This document shows positions 12,205 through 26,539 of a stretch of DNA of 64,000 bases, piece after piece. The stretch is from Eledone cirrhosa (lineage: Eukaryota). Numbering within the stretch: position 1 is the stretch's first letter; every line of letters starts with the position of its first letter. Made by a program: the position numbers and the translations under genes. The DNA lies in contig OZ024742.1 in assembly GCA_964016885.1 (NCBI GenBank), forward strand, positions 246,698,001-246,762,000, in the 5' to 3' direction. The notes beneath the pieces were generated by a model. The model did no database searches and was not told where the DNA came from. It worked only from the letters and a program-made list of their open reading frames with translations.

Positions 12205-14330
12205 TTATTGGAGACCTCAGGGGAAGCAGGGGCCCGACTGCTCCAGTCATCAACAGCCCTCAGCAACTGTCTCCTCCGCGCCAATTTGCCCAGCCATGCC
12301 CGCGATCTTTTCTTCTCAACCAGTTTCACCACCCCGAGGAAGATGACGGAGGCGTCCGCCCCATCGCGGTGGGTAACGTCTTCCGACGACTTGCAGCCAA
12401 GATAGTTTGTAAGTCAGTCAGAGACGACCTCAGTTAGGTGGTAAGCCCTGTCCAGCTCGGAGTGGGAATCAAGTGCGGTTGTGAGGCCGCAGCTCATGCG
12501 GCCAGACACTTCATACTGCACGCACCTCCCTCGTCAACCCACCTCCTCGTAAAGCTGGACAGGACTAACGCCTTCAACATCATTAGACGGGATGACGTTC
12601 TAGAGACATGTCTCAGGCGAGCCCCCTCCATCTACCCCCTCGTTCACCTTTCGGACGGAAGACCCAGCTCACTCATAGCCGCCGACAACAGGACTACTTC
12701 CGCCACAGGTGTCCAGCAGGGGGACCCACTCGGCTCGCTCCTATTCCCGCTGGCAGTCGACGACATAGCCCGGTCGGTCCGGTCACCCCTCAATGTCTGA
12801 TACCTCAGCGACGCGACCCTGGGCAGCCAAATCATCCCAGCTCTAAAGCTCCTTGGACTTGAGATCAACCAGACGAAGTCTGAGGTGATCAACATCAGCT
12901 ACGGAGAGGCCGAATTCCGCAACGCGGTACTCTACTATCCCCCCATACTAGCTGGGTCATGACTGACACCCAAGGACGCCGCATGCATTCTCTGCTCTCC
13001 TGAAAGCTATAAGAGAATGCCTGGAGACCAAGCATGCAGATTTGTCCCGATTAGCAGAGATGCTGCGCCTCATTGACGCTCATCTCGAACTCTTCCCCTT
13101 GAGTAACTGTTTCGCCCTCGCTAAATTCACATTGACACTGCGCTGTAAACCTTGCCACCCCCTTGCAGATCTTCTCGGGGAACATGACATCACCATTCGA
13201 CGCTCTGCGGAACTCATCTGCAATGTCAGTTTCGACAGAGCAGGCAGGCAACAGGCGATACTACCTCTCCTCTATCTCCTTTTGTCGCGCTCTCGTCAGC
13301 TAGGTTCTCAGCCAGTCGGCCGAACCTGACCTAGCCCCTGAGATGGAACAGGCTCTGGACAGATGAAAGCCTCTCTATCCCCCCCCCGGTATACTACGGT
13401 CCAACGTAATTGGGACGACATCAATTGCAGTTCTTTGTCAGGCAGATCGAGTTTGGTTTGGACCAACACCACCTCGCCTGCCTCCGCCCCGATTCTCAGC
13501 CCAACAGCGGCGCGTGGTTCAATTCGGTGCCCTACTCGTCAACCGATACCCATCTTGATGATGAGTGCACTCGCATCGGAGTAGCCCAACGCCTTGGCCT
13601 CCGCATATGTGAGCCACATAAATTCTGTTGATAAGTTCGGTTTGCACCCTCTGCCTTGCCACCAGAGCGCAAGCCGGTTCCGCCGACACGCCGCTCTCAA
13701 CGGCGTATTGCGAAGAAGCCTGGACAGAGCTGGTTTTCCATCTCAACTGGAGCCAGCAGGCCTAGACCACGGAGATGACAAGCGCCCCGACGAAATCATC
13801 CTCTTCCCATTCAAAGGAAGTAGATCCTCATCTGGGACGCCAGCTGCTGCGACACGTTCTCCGCCTCCAACTTAGTCGCTTCACCACAAACCCCGGCATC
13901 ACGGCCCGCCTCGCAGAAGAACGTAAAATAAACAAATACCGGGGTTTGTCCGACCGCGTCCTCTTCGCACCAGTCGCCGTCGAGACCTCAGGCGCACTTG
14001 AATCCCGTGCTGCTGAGCTCCTCCGCAAAATCGGAGCGTCGGCGGCCCGTCTGAGGAAGGAGCCCCGTGAGATTAGGTGGCTGTTGCAGCGGGTGTCACT
14101 GGCTATCGTCTGCGGGAATGCTTTTGCCGTCTTGTCCACGGGGCGCAGCACTTCTTCCCCCTTGCCCTAGGCCCAAAGCCCATCCTTCTCTTCACCCACC
14201 CTCCCCCTCTCTTTTGCGACACCAGAGCTCTTGCATTCCCCTCCGCTGCCCGTTCTTTTTCTTTTTTTCTTTTTCTTTTTTTTCTTCTATATTTCTTTAT
14301 TCTTTCTTTCCTTCTGTCTCTTTTGTTTAT
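12205..14330 (+). mobile_element. Decayed CRE-clade non-LTR retrotransposon (RT + REL)
   Basis: QLGVGIKCGCEAAAHAAR, VKLDRTNAFN, GVQQGDPLG, RHAALN, KRPDEI..FPFKG, AEERKINKY..L...FAPVAVETSG; multiple frameshifts. Confidence 0.85.
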
Positions 14331-14476
14331 ATTATTGCCGTTATTATGGTTGTCACTATTATAAAATAACTAAAATAACTATTTTATAGCAACTAACTGT
14401 AATTGCAGTTTTCTCTATCTGAGCAACCTATATCTTATGAATAAAATAATTTCCATATGTGGATAACTTCTTTTAT

Positions 14477-15089
<613 letters not shown>

Positions 15090-15439
15090 CATATGCACAC
15101 ACACACATACAACTTAAATACAGAAGCGAATAACATCAGTTATTCATTATTTACATTTCTTAACTCTCTTAATATATCCGGTATAATCGTTTTCGATAAA
15201 CAAAATCAGTTTGTTGTTTATCAAATTGCAGACTGGGGTATAATGTCTGTCCTTCCCCCTCTTCCTTTATTTTATTGCTTAACTTTTTTCTTTTTCTTCT
15301 TCATTTCTTTTTTCTTCCTTTCATTTTTTGTTCCCTTTAATAGTGTTTTGAGCCAATGTAAGGGAACACTACTGTTAGAAACAGTGGCCTTGTTCTCCGG
15401 ACTCCGGTCTCGTTGGCTTTGCTGGCGTTTCTTTCGTCA

Positions 15440-15850
15440 CTAACCTCTGGCCATGTCCTCATCAACAAAACACAACGGGACCCACTGTGATGGAGGAACG
15501 CGAGGCTGCCTGCGAGACTTGGAACCGATTCGGACTTCGCCCAGAAGGCGTCCCTCCCTCTCTTCTTGTAGATGTCAAATCCCCCAGAGCATATGGGATG
15601 CCACTCAGTGCGACATGGCCTTGGACTGGCTGGAGTGCCAGCTCGACCAGCACCACCTCGCTTGTTTTCTCTCGGCCTCCAGCGTCACAGCGGTGCCTAG
15701 CTCAATGCCTTACCCTCTTTTTAAACTGGCACGTAGCTGAATAATGATAGCCTGCGAATCAATGGTCCCTGAGGTTTAGCCTCCGGATCTGCGAGCCAAA
15801 CATATATCACTTCGGATCCCCCGTAGACTCTTTCGATCTCCACCCACTGT
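15440..15850 (+). mobile_element. CRE-clade fragment
   Basis: QSIWD...QLDQHHLACF and LRI..GL.L..C motifs match 13400-13650. Confidence 0.65.
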
Positions 15851-16679
15851 CTTGTCGAGACAAACTCTACAGGCACGGAAGTGCTGTCAGACAGATCTGT
15901 CCGAAATACGTGTAGGGCGATGAAAATCGTTCTCCACGTACTTGTCCTGTATCCGGGCATTACTGACTTGTGAAGTTTTGTCGAACAGCTATTTTCACGT
16001 GTAGGAGGGATACAATTAAGTCCATTATCAAGCTCCTCTCGTCGCCTTCTTCTGGTCGTGCAAGTCAGGAAGATTTCTTCAGCCTGGTGGCTGTAGCAGA
16101 AGATCTGTGTTGGACGCGGCTGGAAGGACTGAAGACACTTTGCTCTTCGGCCAATTTCTCATCAACCTTTTCAAGTTCCTCTTCGAAAGAAAGGTGAGAG
16201 TTGAGCGGCAAGTGCTCCTCTCCATCGCTGTACATTTCTTAAAATGTGGGTTAATGCAGCGAGAATGGCCGGAGTAGATGGACTTACTCTGACCAAGAAC
16301 CTGTATGCTGGAGATTTCGAGAAGAGAGGGGCACATTCCTATGGTGCTCTTGGAGATTAGAGTAGTTTAGTATCTGTGGGATTCCTAAGCCATCCCTCAG
16401 TGGTGTTCCTCCCTATTTAGATTTTTTTTATTGTTATATGTGTATTGTTATTTGTTATAATTTTTAACACGTTTTGAATTTGTTCATCTTTTTGTAAATC
16501 TCTTCTTTCTCTGTCTTTTGTATTGTTCTCCATGTTTCGACCCTTGTGGTCAATAAAGAAATGATTGTTATTATCATTATTATTGTTGTCAGACAATGAG
16601 GCACCCGTGCTGATGGTGTGATTGAAGTTGCTATGATGTTTATAATAGTATAGACATTCTGTCGCTGTTTCATCCACCC

Positions 16680-16706
16680 TACTACTGCTACTACTACTGT
16701 TGCTGT

Positions 16707-16765
<59 letters not shown>

Positions 16766-16771
16766 ATACTG

Positions 16772-16846
<75 letters not shown>

Positions 16847-16848
16847 TT
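16680..16848. repeat. (CTA)n/(CTG)n microsatellite
   Basis: Seen directly. Confidence 0.95.
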
Positions 16849-17479
16849 GTGGTCAACTTTGGTTATGACATTATTAATCTCCTTATTTAATTAGCTCAAC
16901 TTTCCCCTAATTGGTGCCATCCTATTGTCTATACACACACACATATATTTCTATATGCAAACAAATAAGCACACTGGTAGACACACACACACACACACAC
17001 ACATATATATTTCTATATGCAAACAGATAAGCACACTGGCAGACAGGCACACACATACACACAAAAACACATAAACATATACACTGGTAAACACACATAC
17101 ATACACACACACATATATATATATATAGAGAGAGAATATGTGTGTGTGTGTGTGTGTGTGTGATTGTTTTATTTTAATTACGCAGTGGTGTTGGTATGCA
17201 TGTAGAGTCGTGTTAATGTTTTTGAAGATAGTGGTAGTGATGTTGGCTAGTGGTGGTGAGGGTGGTGGTGGTGGTGGTGTGGTTGATTGATAGTGGTGTT
17301 GTGATTATTATTTAGAGATGATGGAACCATGATAACATGAATTATCGCATCATCAAACATAAGGGATTGGAGTGAAGTGAGCCAGGGGTGAAGTAATATG
17401 GGACCTTACCACCACCACCACCACCACCACCACCACCACCACCACCACCACCACCACAATGAAAATCATCATCATCAAT

Positions 17480-17511
<32 letters not shown>

Positions 17512-17759
17512 TAGTAGCTGACGACGGTTACAGCCTTCATCTACCCATTACAGCTGTCATAATTAGTTGTGGTCCCGTGATCGGGTCATCAGCTATGGTC
17601 AATAGCGGGATTTGAAACTCGGACACTTTACTAAGGGGAGGAGTGGCAAACGCTCTTCCACTATAACCATAAGAGAAAAAATCCTCTTAAAAGAGAGATT
17701 AGAGCAAATTCGTTTGGTTTTAGCAAAGAAGTAGCATGAGAGAAAAATAGATAGGGGTG

Positions 17760-18540
17760 GGGGGAGCTGGTAGATAAGTTAGACGAGGCTATATGTAATG
17801 GCATTGCAACGGACGTATTAGTATTAGACGATTTCTTCAATGCGAAACACGAAGGTTGCATTGTCAGAGCTATGGAGCTTGCTCTAAGAAACGAGGGAGC
17901 CGAACCTGTTCGATGAGCCCACGTGGCAGAGATGCAGCGTGGTAACAAAACCACCATTAGGTCTTTGACGGATCGAGATGGACGCGAGCTGAACGATTCC
18001 AGGCAGATATGTGAGGCCTTTTACCAGCACTTTGCTCGTCTGTTCGGCTAGGTGGGAGACGGTGGTGGACTTCAGTCCCTACCGCGGCAGCCTACCACGT
18101 CTCTCGACGGTCGATGTTGAGCGTGGCGAAAGGCCGATGGCTTCAGCCGAAATTCAGGATGCCCTAGTCGGCTGCACGAGGTGCAAGTAACCCGGTTTTG
18201 ATGGTCTGCACCACGAGCTTTACATAGAAATGCCAAACTTGTTCTTCGATTTCCTCGAAGCACTCTACTGCAACTGTCAGCAGAACGGGAGTATTCCCAG
18301 TTCTGTGAGCCGGGGCGTAGTGACGCTGATGGGGAAAGACGAGAACAAGAGGGATAAGTTAGACAACTTCAGGCCCATATATCTGCTGAACACAGAGTTT
18401 AAGATTTTGGTCAAGGATTTAGCGAAGAGGTTGGCGCTTGTTGAGGTTTTGGTAGGGGAGGCGCAACATTGCGCAATCACGACCAGGTCCATACGCGACA
18501 AACTCCACCCCATGCGATACCTCCTAGAGAGGGTAAGGTG
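17760..18540 (+). mobile_element. L1/Tx1-clade LINE fragment (RT N-terminus)
   Basis: SRGVVTLMGKDENKRDKLDNFRPIYLLNTEFKILVK.LAKRL..VGEAQHCAI..RSIRD.LH. Confidence 0.75.
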
Positions 18541-18836
18541 AATGGCCCGTGAATGGGCCTATTCTGAGCATGTGCCTGTAGGCTTGTTAATTTGAGGAGG
18601 AGTGGGGGTGCCCTTCCCGGTTGCCTTCAAGTGTTGTGGTGTGGTTGATGATGTTGGTGGTGGATACGTTCCTGTTGTAGTTGGCGGGGATGGCGATATT
18701 GCTGCCGCATGGCTTTGGTCGTCACCGACTACAGAGCTTTTTGTCTACATCCTATTGGTCCCAACACTCTATAACCCCACATGTGAGTGTATCAGTGCAT
18801 ATAAATAAATGAGTGTATATATATACATATATATAT

Positions 18837-19033
18837 AACAAAGAAGGTGTGATAAGATACCAGGTGGACCATAATGCACCAGAGTAATCAATACTTAGGG
18901 TAGTAGAGTGGGAAATAGCAAAAGAGTCAGGACACTGACGGCTGAGCTCCGGCCGTTTCGACAGCTAGATCAGAACAGTTCGGATCTAACGCCGTCAAAA
19001 TGGCCGGTGCTCAGCCGTCGGGGTCCTGACTAT

Positions 19034-19040
<7 letters not shown>
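18837..19040. mobile_element. pLTR-like end (F6) with fold-back containing hammerhead 3' halves
   Basis: Related copies at 21635-21760, 37026-37115 and 60515-60575; minus strand reads GUC-GAA-ACGGC..GAGCUC.GCCGU-C. Confidence 0.65.
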
Positions 19041-19101
<61 letters not shown>

Positions 19102-19420
19102 AGATTACCCATGTATATATACACGATTTGAGATTAGATGCTCTCAGACGAGATTCTGGTTTTGCTTGATTAGCAAATTTGATGAGAAGTCTGGAGATGG
19201 AGTCGAGTCTATAACATTAATATGGATCCTGAGCCACCCATCTGTGAAACGTCCGTAAGTGAGCCTAATCAATAAAAACCTCAACGTGAGACTTCGTTTC
19301 TTCTTCATATGTATACACTATACACTCTGTTATAGCATAGAGTGCTGATATTGGTACCTTCCTCGATAACCCACAAATCTACTGAATCACCTAATCTCTC
19401 TTTCTTCCTCTCTATCTTCT

Positions 19421-19520
<100 letters not shown>

Positions 19521-19966
19521 GTATATATATATATATATATATATATACGGACAGACACGCATCATACACACACACACTCATGCACACACAGATATATATA
19601 TATGTATATATACATACACAATCATGTACGTACATACAGATATACATATAGCTAAACATATAAATAAATAGGTAGATAGATAGATGCGTAGATAAGTGAT
19701 TATAGAGTCTAGACAACTTTGACGTTTAGCTGAAATCGATTAATACGTCTTTCAACGATCGATTTCTAAATTGTCAATCAAACAGGAAACACAACCAGAA
19801 ATATCGATCTGTTTAGATTACATCATAGAGACATGTGACAGTTATTGGTGAGGGCAGGGTGGGGTTGTTGAGATATAGTCTAAGAAATAGGCGATTTTAT
19901 TTTATTAACTTCAAGTAGAGTGTATATTGCTTGGTGTGTGTGTATGTGTGTGTGTGTGTGTATATT

Positions 19967-20035
<69 letters not shown>

Positions 20036-20069
20036 GTGTGTGTATATGTATGTATATATATTATGGTTT

Positions 20070-20520
20070 ATAAAACTTAAAGCCCCTGCTTTGGTCCCGA
20101 ATGACAAAGGGTTTTGCATCTAGAAAGTTCCCATCCGAGGCACAAGACAGGGCAAGTTGGTTTTGTGGTAAACCAGCAGTCGCCCATGCATACCAGTCTT
20201 CCTTCTCCATACCCACGCAGTTATCCAAGGGAAGGGTAAAGCCCGACACAGAATGGCACCAGTGACGTCACAACATATTTCTACAGCTGCGTGAACTGAA
20301 GCAACATGCAATAAAATGTCTTGCTCAAGGACATAACACATGAGTCTCCAGGCCCGAGAGAGACTTTATAAGCTTGAGCAGGGAATCAGCGATGCAGACA
20401 AATGGTTACTATACACACAGCCATAGTTGAATGTTTTACATAATTCGCTTCGCAATTATAAGTCCGGGAATCGAACTCATAACCTCACGATTGTGAATCC
20501 AACTCACGAACCTCTAAATC
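20070..20520 (-). mobile_element. SINE-like element (second family), interrupted by a ~120-bp insert
   Basis: Minus strand has B-box GTTCGATTCCC and GTCCTTGAGCAAGACA; related heads at 58730-58820 and 41690-41810. Confidence 0.55.
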
Positions 20521-20973
20521 ATGACAAACAAAAGAAAAACAGACAGAATTTATTAAACAGCTGAGTTGATGCTTATATGTATACATATGATGTATTTGTT
20601 ACTAATTAATGTCTTTATGAAAAATATTTTATTTACTATAATTTACCCTAGTGATTTTGAAGCGAACAGAATTGTTTTTGATGAAAAGAAAAGAGTGAAT
20701 TATTTAGACGTTACGGTAGAAAAAATAAATTGATAATAAGACAAATGATATTACTTTTATGCATCAATCATAAAATTAGATTACAAGACTTCGTCTTCTT
20801 AAATAATAAGTTATGATAGAATAACTAGTTAATCTAATATTTTTATTGGAAATGTGAATCATTAGATAGAATGAATTATTAAGTGTATAATTAAAAAAAA
20901 ATGCTAATTAAGCAATGTAATAGTGGCCCAGGGGTACATAAACAACTTCGGGTAAATTTCGTGTAATTAAGCT

Positions 20974-21018
<45 letters not shown>

Positions 21019-21270
21019 TGCGTTTCGCTTTATTTTTAAATTTCGTGTAATTAAGCTTGCATATATATATATATATATACACAAGTATGTTGTGCAGACA
21101 CACAAATGCACGTATATATGTATACATACATAAACATTCACATTTATTTTATATTTATATGTATATATATATATCTGCATGTGGGGTTGACGGCTGAGAG
21201 AAAAGAGTACTCAATACCGAAGTAGAGTTTTAATATTCATTTTATTAAGGTTAAATAGTGAGTTTTGGAG

Positions 21271-21298
21271 TTTCACCTGTTGATCGCAGGGTCATCAG
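21271..21298 (-). ncRNA. Hammerhead core (F7); stems I and III not resolved
   Basis: CUGAUGA-C-CCUG-CGAUCAA-CAGG-U-GAAA within a pLTR-like 120-bp insert between microsatellites. Confidence 0.45.
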
Positions 21299-21369
21299 AC
21301 AAGAACTGAAGAAAATGAATACACACACACACACACACACACATACACACACACACACACGCACGCACG

Positions 21370-21408
<39 letters not shown>

Positions 21409-21587
21409 CCTTATGTATATATATATATATATAAGGGTCTGTGTGTGTGTATTCATTTTATTAAGTTCTTGTGTGGGTGTGTCTATACACAGTATATATA
21501 TATCGTGTGATGCTGGCGAACACATATATATATATATGTTCGCCAGCATCACACGATATATATATACTGTGTATAGACCCCCCCCCA

Positions 21588-21636
<49 letters not shown>

Positions 21637-21873
21637 CGAAGGAGGTGTGTTAAGGAACCAGATGGACCATAACGCACCAGAGTACTCAATACTTAGGGTA
21701 GTAGAGTGGGTAATATGAAAATGTTTGACTCCGACGGCAGAGCTCAAGCCGTTTCGACGTATATACATATACATATACATCTACATATAAAATAAATGTG
21801 TATGTTTATGTATGTATACATATATACGTGCATGCATTTGTGTGTGTGTCTGCACAACATACTTGCATATATA

Positions 21874-21947
<74 letters not shown>

Positions 21948-21951
<4 letters not shown>

Positions 21952-22327
21952 TATGTACACGTACATACATATATGTATACAGACGTACAGTAGTATGTAT
22001 ATATATATATACATACATGCACACATATATATATGTACGTATGGATTCACCGAACATTTATTATAATGCTCGGTGTGTTTGTAAACAAACATCACGTATT
22101 AAGCCGTAGTGTCCAGCAACCATCGTTGCTCGTTTGTTCAACACTCACAAAGGAACGCTCTACTAGTTTCAAGCTTATTAGCTATCGTCAGCAACGTATA
22201 CCTTCCTGCCAGATTGTTGAAAGTATATACTTACCTTATGCATATTAACGGCTGAGTAGCCCAATTTGCATATCGAGTGGGTTAATCGGCCGGGTGCACC
22301 GAAAACGATTAACGGAAAAAGTGAAAC

Positions 22328-22330
<3 letters not shown>
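21948..22330 (-). mobile_element. Non-coding hammerhead unit F8, diverged copy
   Basis: Homologous to 46805-47212. Confidence 0.8.
22155..22197 (-). ncRNA. Minimal hammerhead (F8)
   Basis: ACGUUG-CUGACGA-U-AGCU-AAUA-AGCU-U-GAAA-CUAG-UA-GAGCGU. Confidence 0.75.
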
Positions 22331-22386
<56 letters not shown>

Positions 22387-22425
22387 CAGCGAGATCGTAT
22401 TTCGGGTGTGGTAAAAAATAAAAAA

Positions 22426-22460
<35 letters not shown>

Positions 22461-22962
22461 TCGCCAGCATCACACGAAGATGGTATAACGACACCTCATA
22501 ATTGTATGAGCGACTGATGATGTCACATGGAAACTGTTAATGATATAACTATTGCATCATTGAAATATATATAATGTAATAAAACAGTTATGTAAAAGTA
22601 ACATTGTGTTAACAATATTTCATATACATATTTACATAGTTGCTAATTACTGTGTTGTTTATCCGTAAGAGTCGTGTTCCGACGTTTCGTTGATGAACAT
22701 GTACGGACATGTAAAAGTACTCCACGTCAGTTGCATCTATCCATCCGAAGCCTAGAGATCACATGTAACCAACTGTCCATATATGAAGTAAGCGATAAGA
22801 CAGATGTTGCGTAATCGTATTTATTATATGCATTTCTGTGACACCAGCATGGAGCTGTTAGGCAAACGTTACAAAAACAACCAGTACCAATGTGATGTCA
22901 TCGGATGTTAACAGACCGGACTTGTAACATCTTTTTAAAGTTTTAACGTTGCAAAAATAAAA

Positions 22963-23034
22963 CACTATACATATTTCAATGGCCAAGTTACATCATTCGA
23001 TCATGACACAAGACCTTTGTGACATCGTCAGTTG
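22963..23034 (-). ncRNA. Decayed hammerhead (UAUGUA loop-III type)
   Basis: CAA-CUGACGA...AUU-GAAA-UAUGUA-UA-GUG; shares CACTATACATATTTCAATG with 62362. Confidence 0.4.
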
Positions 23035-23429
23035 GGGATTGCATAATTAGTGAACCAATAAAACGATTTACGTCAAACACAAGCAGAATATACTTAATCC
23101 TACAGATGGATCGCGAAATCTAGAGTTATTGCTGAGGCAAACTATCTCTTAATAACACATTCGCCAATGCTAAGCAATGTGAGATTGGTAGGCACGACCA
23201 AGGGGGTGGGGGCTGTTTGGTGGTAAGAGAAATTCTGCTGTTCATAGATAAAGCCGTGCTGCTAATCATAAACAAATTGTTTGCTGCAACAAAGGTTAGG
23301 GGTACCAAACTGTGTGTTATTAAAAAGTAGGGTTGAATGTTAAATTAAATAAATAAAAAAAAAATGAAGTATGAAAAATATATTAAGAAGAAATATAAAT
23401 ATAAATATTATAAATTAATTTAATGATTT

Positions 23430-23632
23430 CTGATTTAGGCACAAGGCCAGCAATATTTAAGGGAGGGGAAAGTCGATCCCTAGTGTAGTACTGGTACTTC
23501 ATTTTATCGACCCTGTAAGGTTGAAAGGCAAAGTTAACCTCGGTAGGTTGAATTCAGAATGTAAAGGGCCATCACTCTATGTTGTAAAGCATGTAGTCTG
23601 ACGTTTTACCAATACTGCCAATCCACTACCCT
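23430..23632 (-). mobile_element. tRNA-derived SINE
   Basis: Reverse complement of the 2540-2720 family. Confidence 0.8.
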
Positions 23633-24084
23633 TTGTAAAGTAATTATAATGTTAATGTAAATGATTCGTTAAAGCAATTGATTAAAGAGTATGTAATCTA
23701 GTTCAGATTAATATGCGAGTGTTTGTATTGTGAAAAAAAGAAAATGTGACACTAATGGAACTGCAAGGTCACAAAATGATATACCAATACCGAGTATATT
23801 CAAATATTGAAGGCGGAGAGATTAATTAATTTATTAATTCCAAGCACTCAAGGGATGGAAACTAAATCTAGCATCCTACAACTAACTCGGAGAACCATCA
23901 GCGGTCCGTCCGTGGTGTATCGCATACGAGATAATGCTGATAATAGTGATGTTAATGAAAATGGTAATAGAATTACGTAGTGTGGATAAAAAATGCAAGT
24001 ACATAGTTGAAGGTAAAATTGAAGATAAAAAAAATATAGTGGATAAGAGACGATTTGTAACCCACTGTAACGCACTGTTGTCCA

Positions 24085-25004
24085 TTGTCACCACCGAGGT
24101 GTGAGCAGGAGCATTGACACGATGGAACAAGACCTTTTTCTTCAGCAATACTGGCCTCTTTTCTTGATGTTCTCACGCAGATGTTTAAGCAGGTTGGCGT
24201 AGTATTGTCCGATGATAGTGTGGCCCTTTTGTAGATAATCCCAACAACACTCCTTGTGCATCCTAGGCAATGGTAGCCATGATCTTTCCTGCTGATGATG
24301 TGACCTTAACCTTCTTCGGGGTGGGTGAGGATGGTTTTTTACCACTGTTAGACTGCCTTTTTTGTTTCAGGTTGGTAGTGATGGACCCCGGTCTCGTCCA
24401 TGGTTACAAATCGTGCCAGGAACTCTTCTGTATTAGTTTCAAAAAGTTCAAAATTGATGGAGGACATGGCGCGAAGAGTGCGCTTTTGTTCCTCATTCAA
24501 CAGACATGGAATCTAGCGTGCAGGCACCATCTTCAAACCAGGCTCGTTCCTCAGAATATTATTGGCTCGCTCCTGGGTGATGCCTAACATGTTTGGTATC
24601 TGATGAGATGACAGTCGTCGATTTTCCATCACCATCCCAAGGAAAAGGTCAATGTTCTCTGGTGTCGTCACTGCTGAAGGCCTCTCAGACCTCTGGTCAT
24701 TTTCCACATCATCATTGCCACGCTTGAATTCAGTGGCCAAGCGTTTGATCGTAGCATATGACGGAGCATCGTCCTCTAATTTGTATTGCATGTCCTTATA
24801 GATGTCAGCTGGGGTGATGCTTTTTAACTACAGGTACTTGATCACTTCTCGATACTCGAGTTTCTTCAGTTTTCATAAAAATGAAGTACATCAACTTTAA
24901 GAATCTGCGAAAAGAACCGAAAAAGTGTTTAGACCATGTCGCCTGGCTAACACTGTAAGAACATGTCGCAGATTTCACAGACGAAATTGTATTTGCACCT
25001 CGTA
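24085..25004 (-). mobile_element. Decayed mariner DNA transposon
   Basis: EYR.VIKYL...APSYATIKR.ATEFKRG...RPS, FVTMDET.VHHYQPETK, SAGKIMAT, YYANLL..LR, VLFH..NAPAHTS; TIR-like TACGAGGTGCAAATAC at the right end; 3' part missing. Confidence 0.85.
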
Positions 25005-25111
25005 TAACATTACGTGTGTAGAGACAAACAACGTCTCTCTCCCTCTTTCTCTCTCCCTCTCTCATTCTCTCTCTCTCTCTTTATATATATAATAATAATA
25101 AGAAGAAGAAG

Positions 25112-25524
25112 AAACTGGAACACAATAGACCTGACCTGGTGGTTTTGGACAAGGAAAAAAGATCGTGCCTGATTGTGGATGTAGCCTGCCCATTCGACAC
25201 GAGAGTGCAAGAGAAGGAGATGGAGAAAATTAACCGATACCAGAACTTAAAGTGGGAGGTTAAAAGGATTTGGAACTGCCATGAAGTCAAAGTGGTCCCG
25301 ATTGTCATAAGCGCACTAGGTACTATCTCAAAAGGTTTCCAGGGATGGTTAAAGAAAATTGGCCCCGCCACGCTTTTTGGAATGCTTCAAAAGGCATGGG
25401 AAAAGCTGGGAAAAGCAAGAACCCTCCGATACGTCCTGAATATCTGAGGCTGCAGGTAGCGGCTTGATATTCATTTCAACAAACTTTCCAGTTAACTAAC
25501 ATCAATGACTGAGACTCAAAGAAC
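25112..25524 (+). mobile_element. 5'-truncated copy of R4/Dong family A, flanked by (AAT)n
   Basis: High identity to 33445-33850; REL C-terminus plus 3' UTR. Confidence 0.92.
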
Positions 25525-26539
25525 AATAATAATAATAATAATAATAATATTAATAAGAGATAGGGAAGAAGACGCACGTGGTGGATAGAAGGTCATGAAA
25601 TCGCTCCCGTAAGCTTTTGATTTTTAACATATTTAAAACAATTGTGATATAACAATTTTTAGTACAAATGATACATAAAGCACCAGACTCAGCTCTCAGA
25701 AAATTCGGATCCATAATATCCTGTTATATCGCTCAAATATTCAATTTTGTATTATAAATTTTATATTCCAAAAAGAAAATGGTTATAAATGGAAGAAAAC
25801 CCCCTCTGTCTACACTATATAGAACAGCCAAATAACAGCAATTTCACCAACACCACAAACTAGATACACCACCTATCCCATCACCCCTCTGTGTACACTA
25901 AATGCACCAGCCAGATAACGGCAATTTCACCACCACCAATCCCAGCATAATAATAATAATTATTACTATTATTGTATCTTAAGTTTTCTCAAAATGTTTA
26001 ATTCAAATATTAAGAAAATATGTCAACACATATATTAAACATACGCGACAAACCGCATAGATACACAGATCAAACAAACGCATACTACTACAGTCTATTC
26101 AACAAAACTCAGTAACGACAACGCCATCACTATAGTCATCGCCGCCACCACTCCATCCATCATTGCTACCACTATCCCATCACCACCGCCACCACTCCTT
26201 CATTACTACCACCACTATTCCCCCATTACTTTCTGTTAACTTAAGAAAGGGGAAGGTGGCGGTATCACTAGACAAGGGAGAGGCTAGCAAAAGATATAAA
26301 TAGATTGACTTAGTGACTCGGTCAAATGTCAACGACTATGGAACTGCTGGCTCCCCCCTTCCCCACCAACAATAGAAAAAGACCCAGCACCACCACCGAC
26401 ATAGGCAACAACAATAAAAGGCAACTTCAACAAAAAGTATATTATATTATTAATAATAATTTCATTCTTAAGCCACGCAATGCTCACATTAAGGAACCAC
26501 TCATGATAATAACAATTTCAAAAACAACAAAAAAGAAAA

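Noticed and set aside
15860-16410. GC-balanced coding-like segment
   Set aside because: No recognisable domain; probably a decayed TE
22505-22545. CTGATGA-TGTCACATG-GAAA-CTGTT hammerhead-like string
   Set aside because: Stem II is mostly G.U and there is no stem I
22675-22755. Minus-strand GAAACGUC-GGAAC with a long stem
   Set aside because: Core reads CGGAUGG and stem I is weak; too decayed to call (same for ~46240-46295 and ~51195-51350)
23106-23222. Possible plus-strand exon (CTACAG...GTAAGA)
   Set aside because: Weak acceptor, unrecognised peptide and no partner exons
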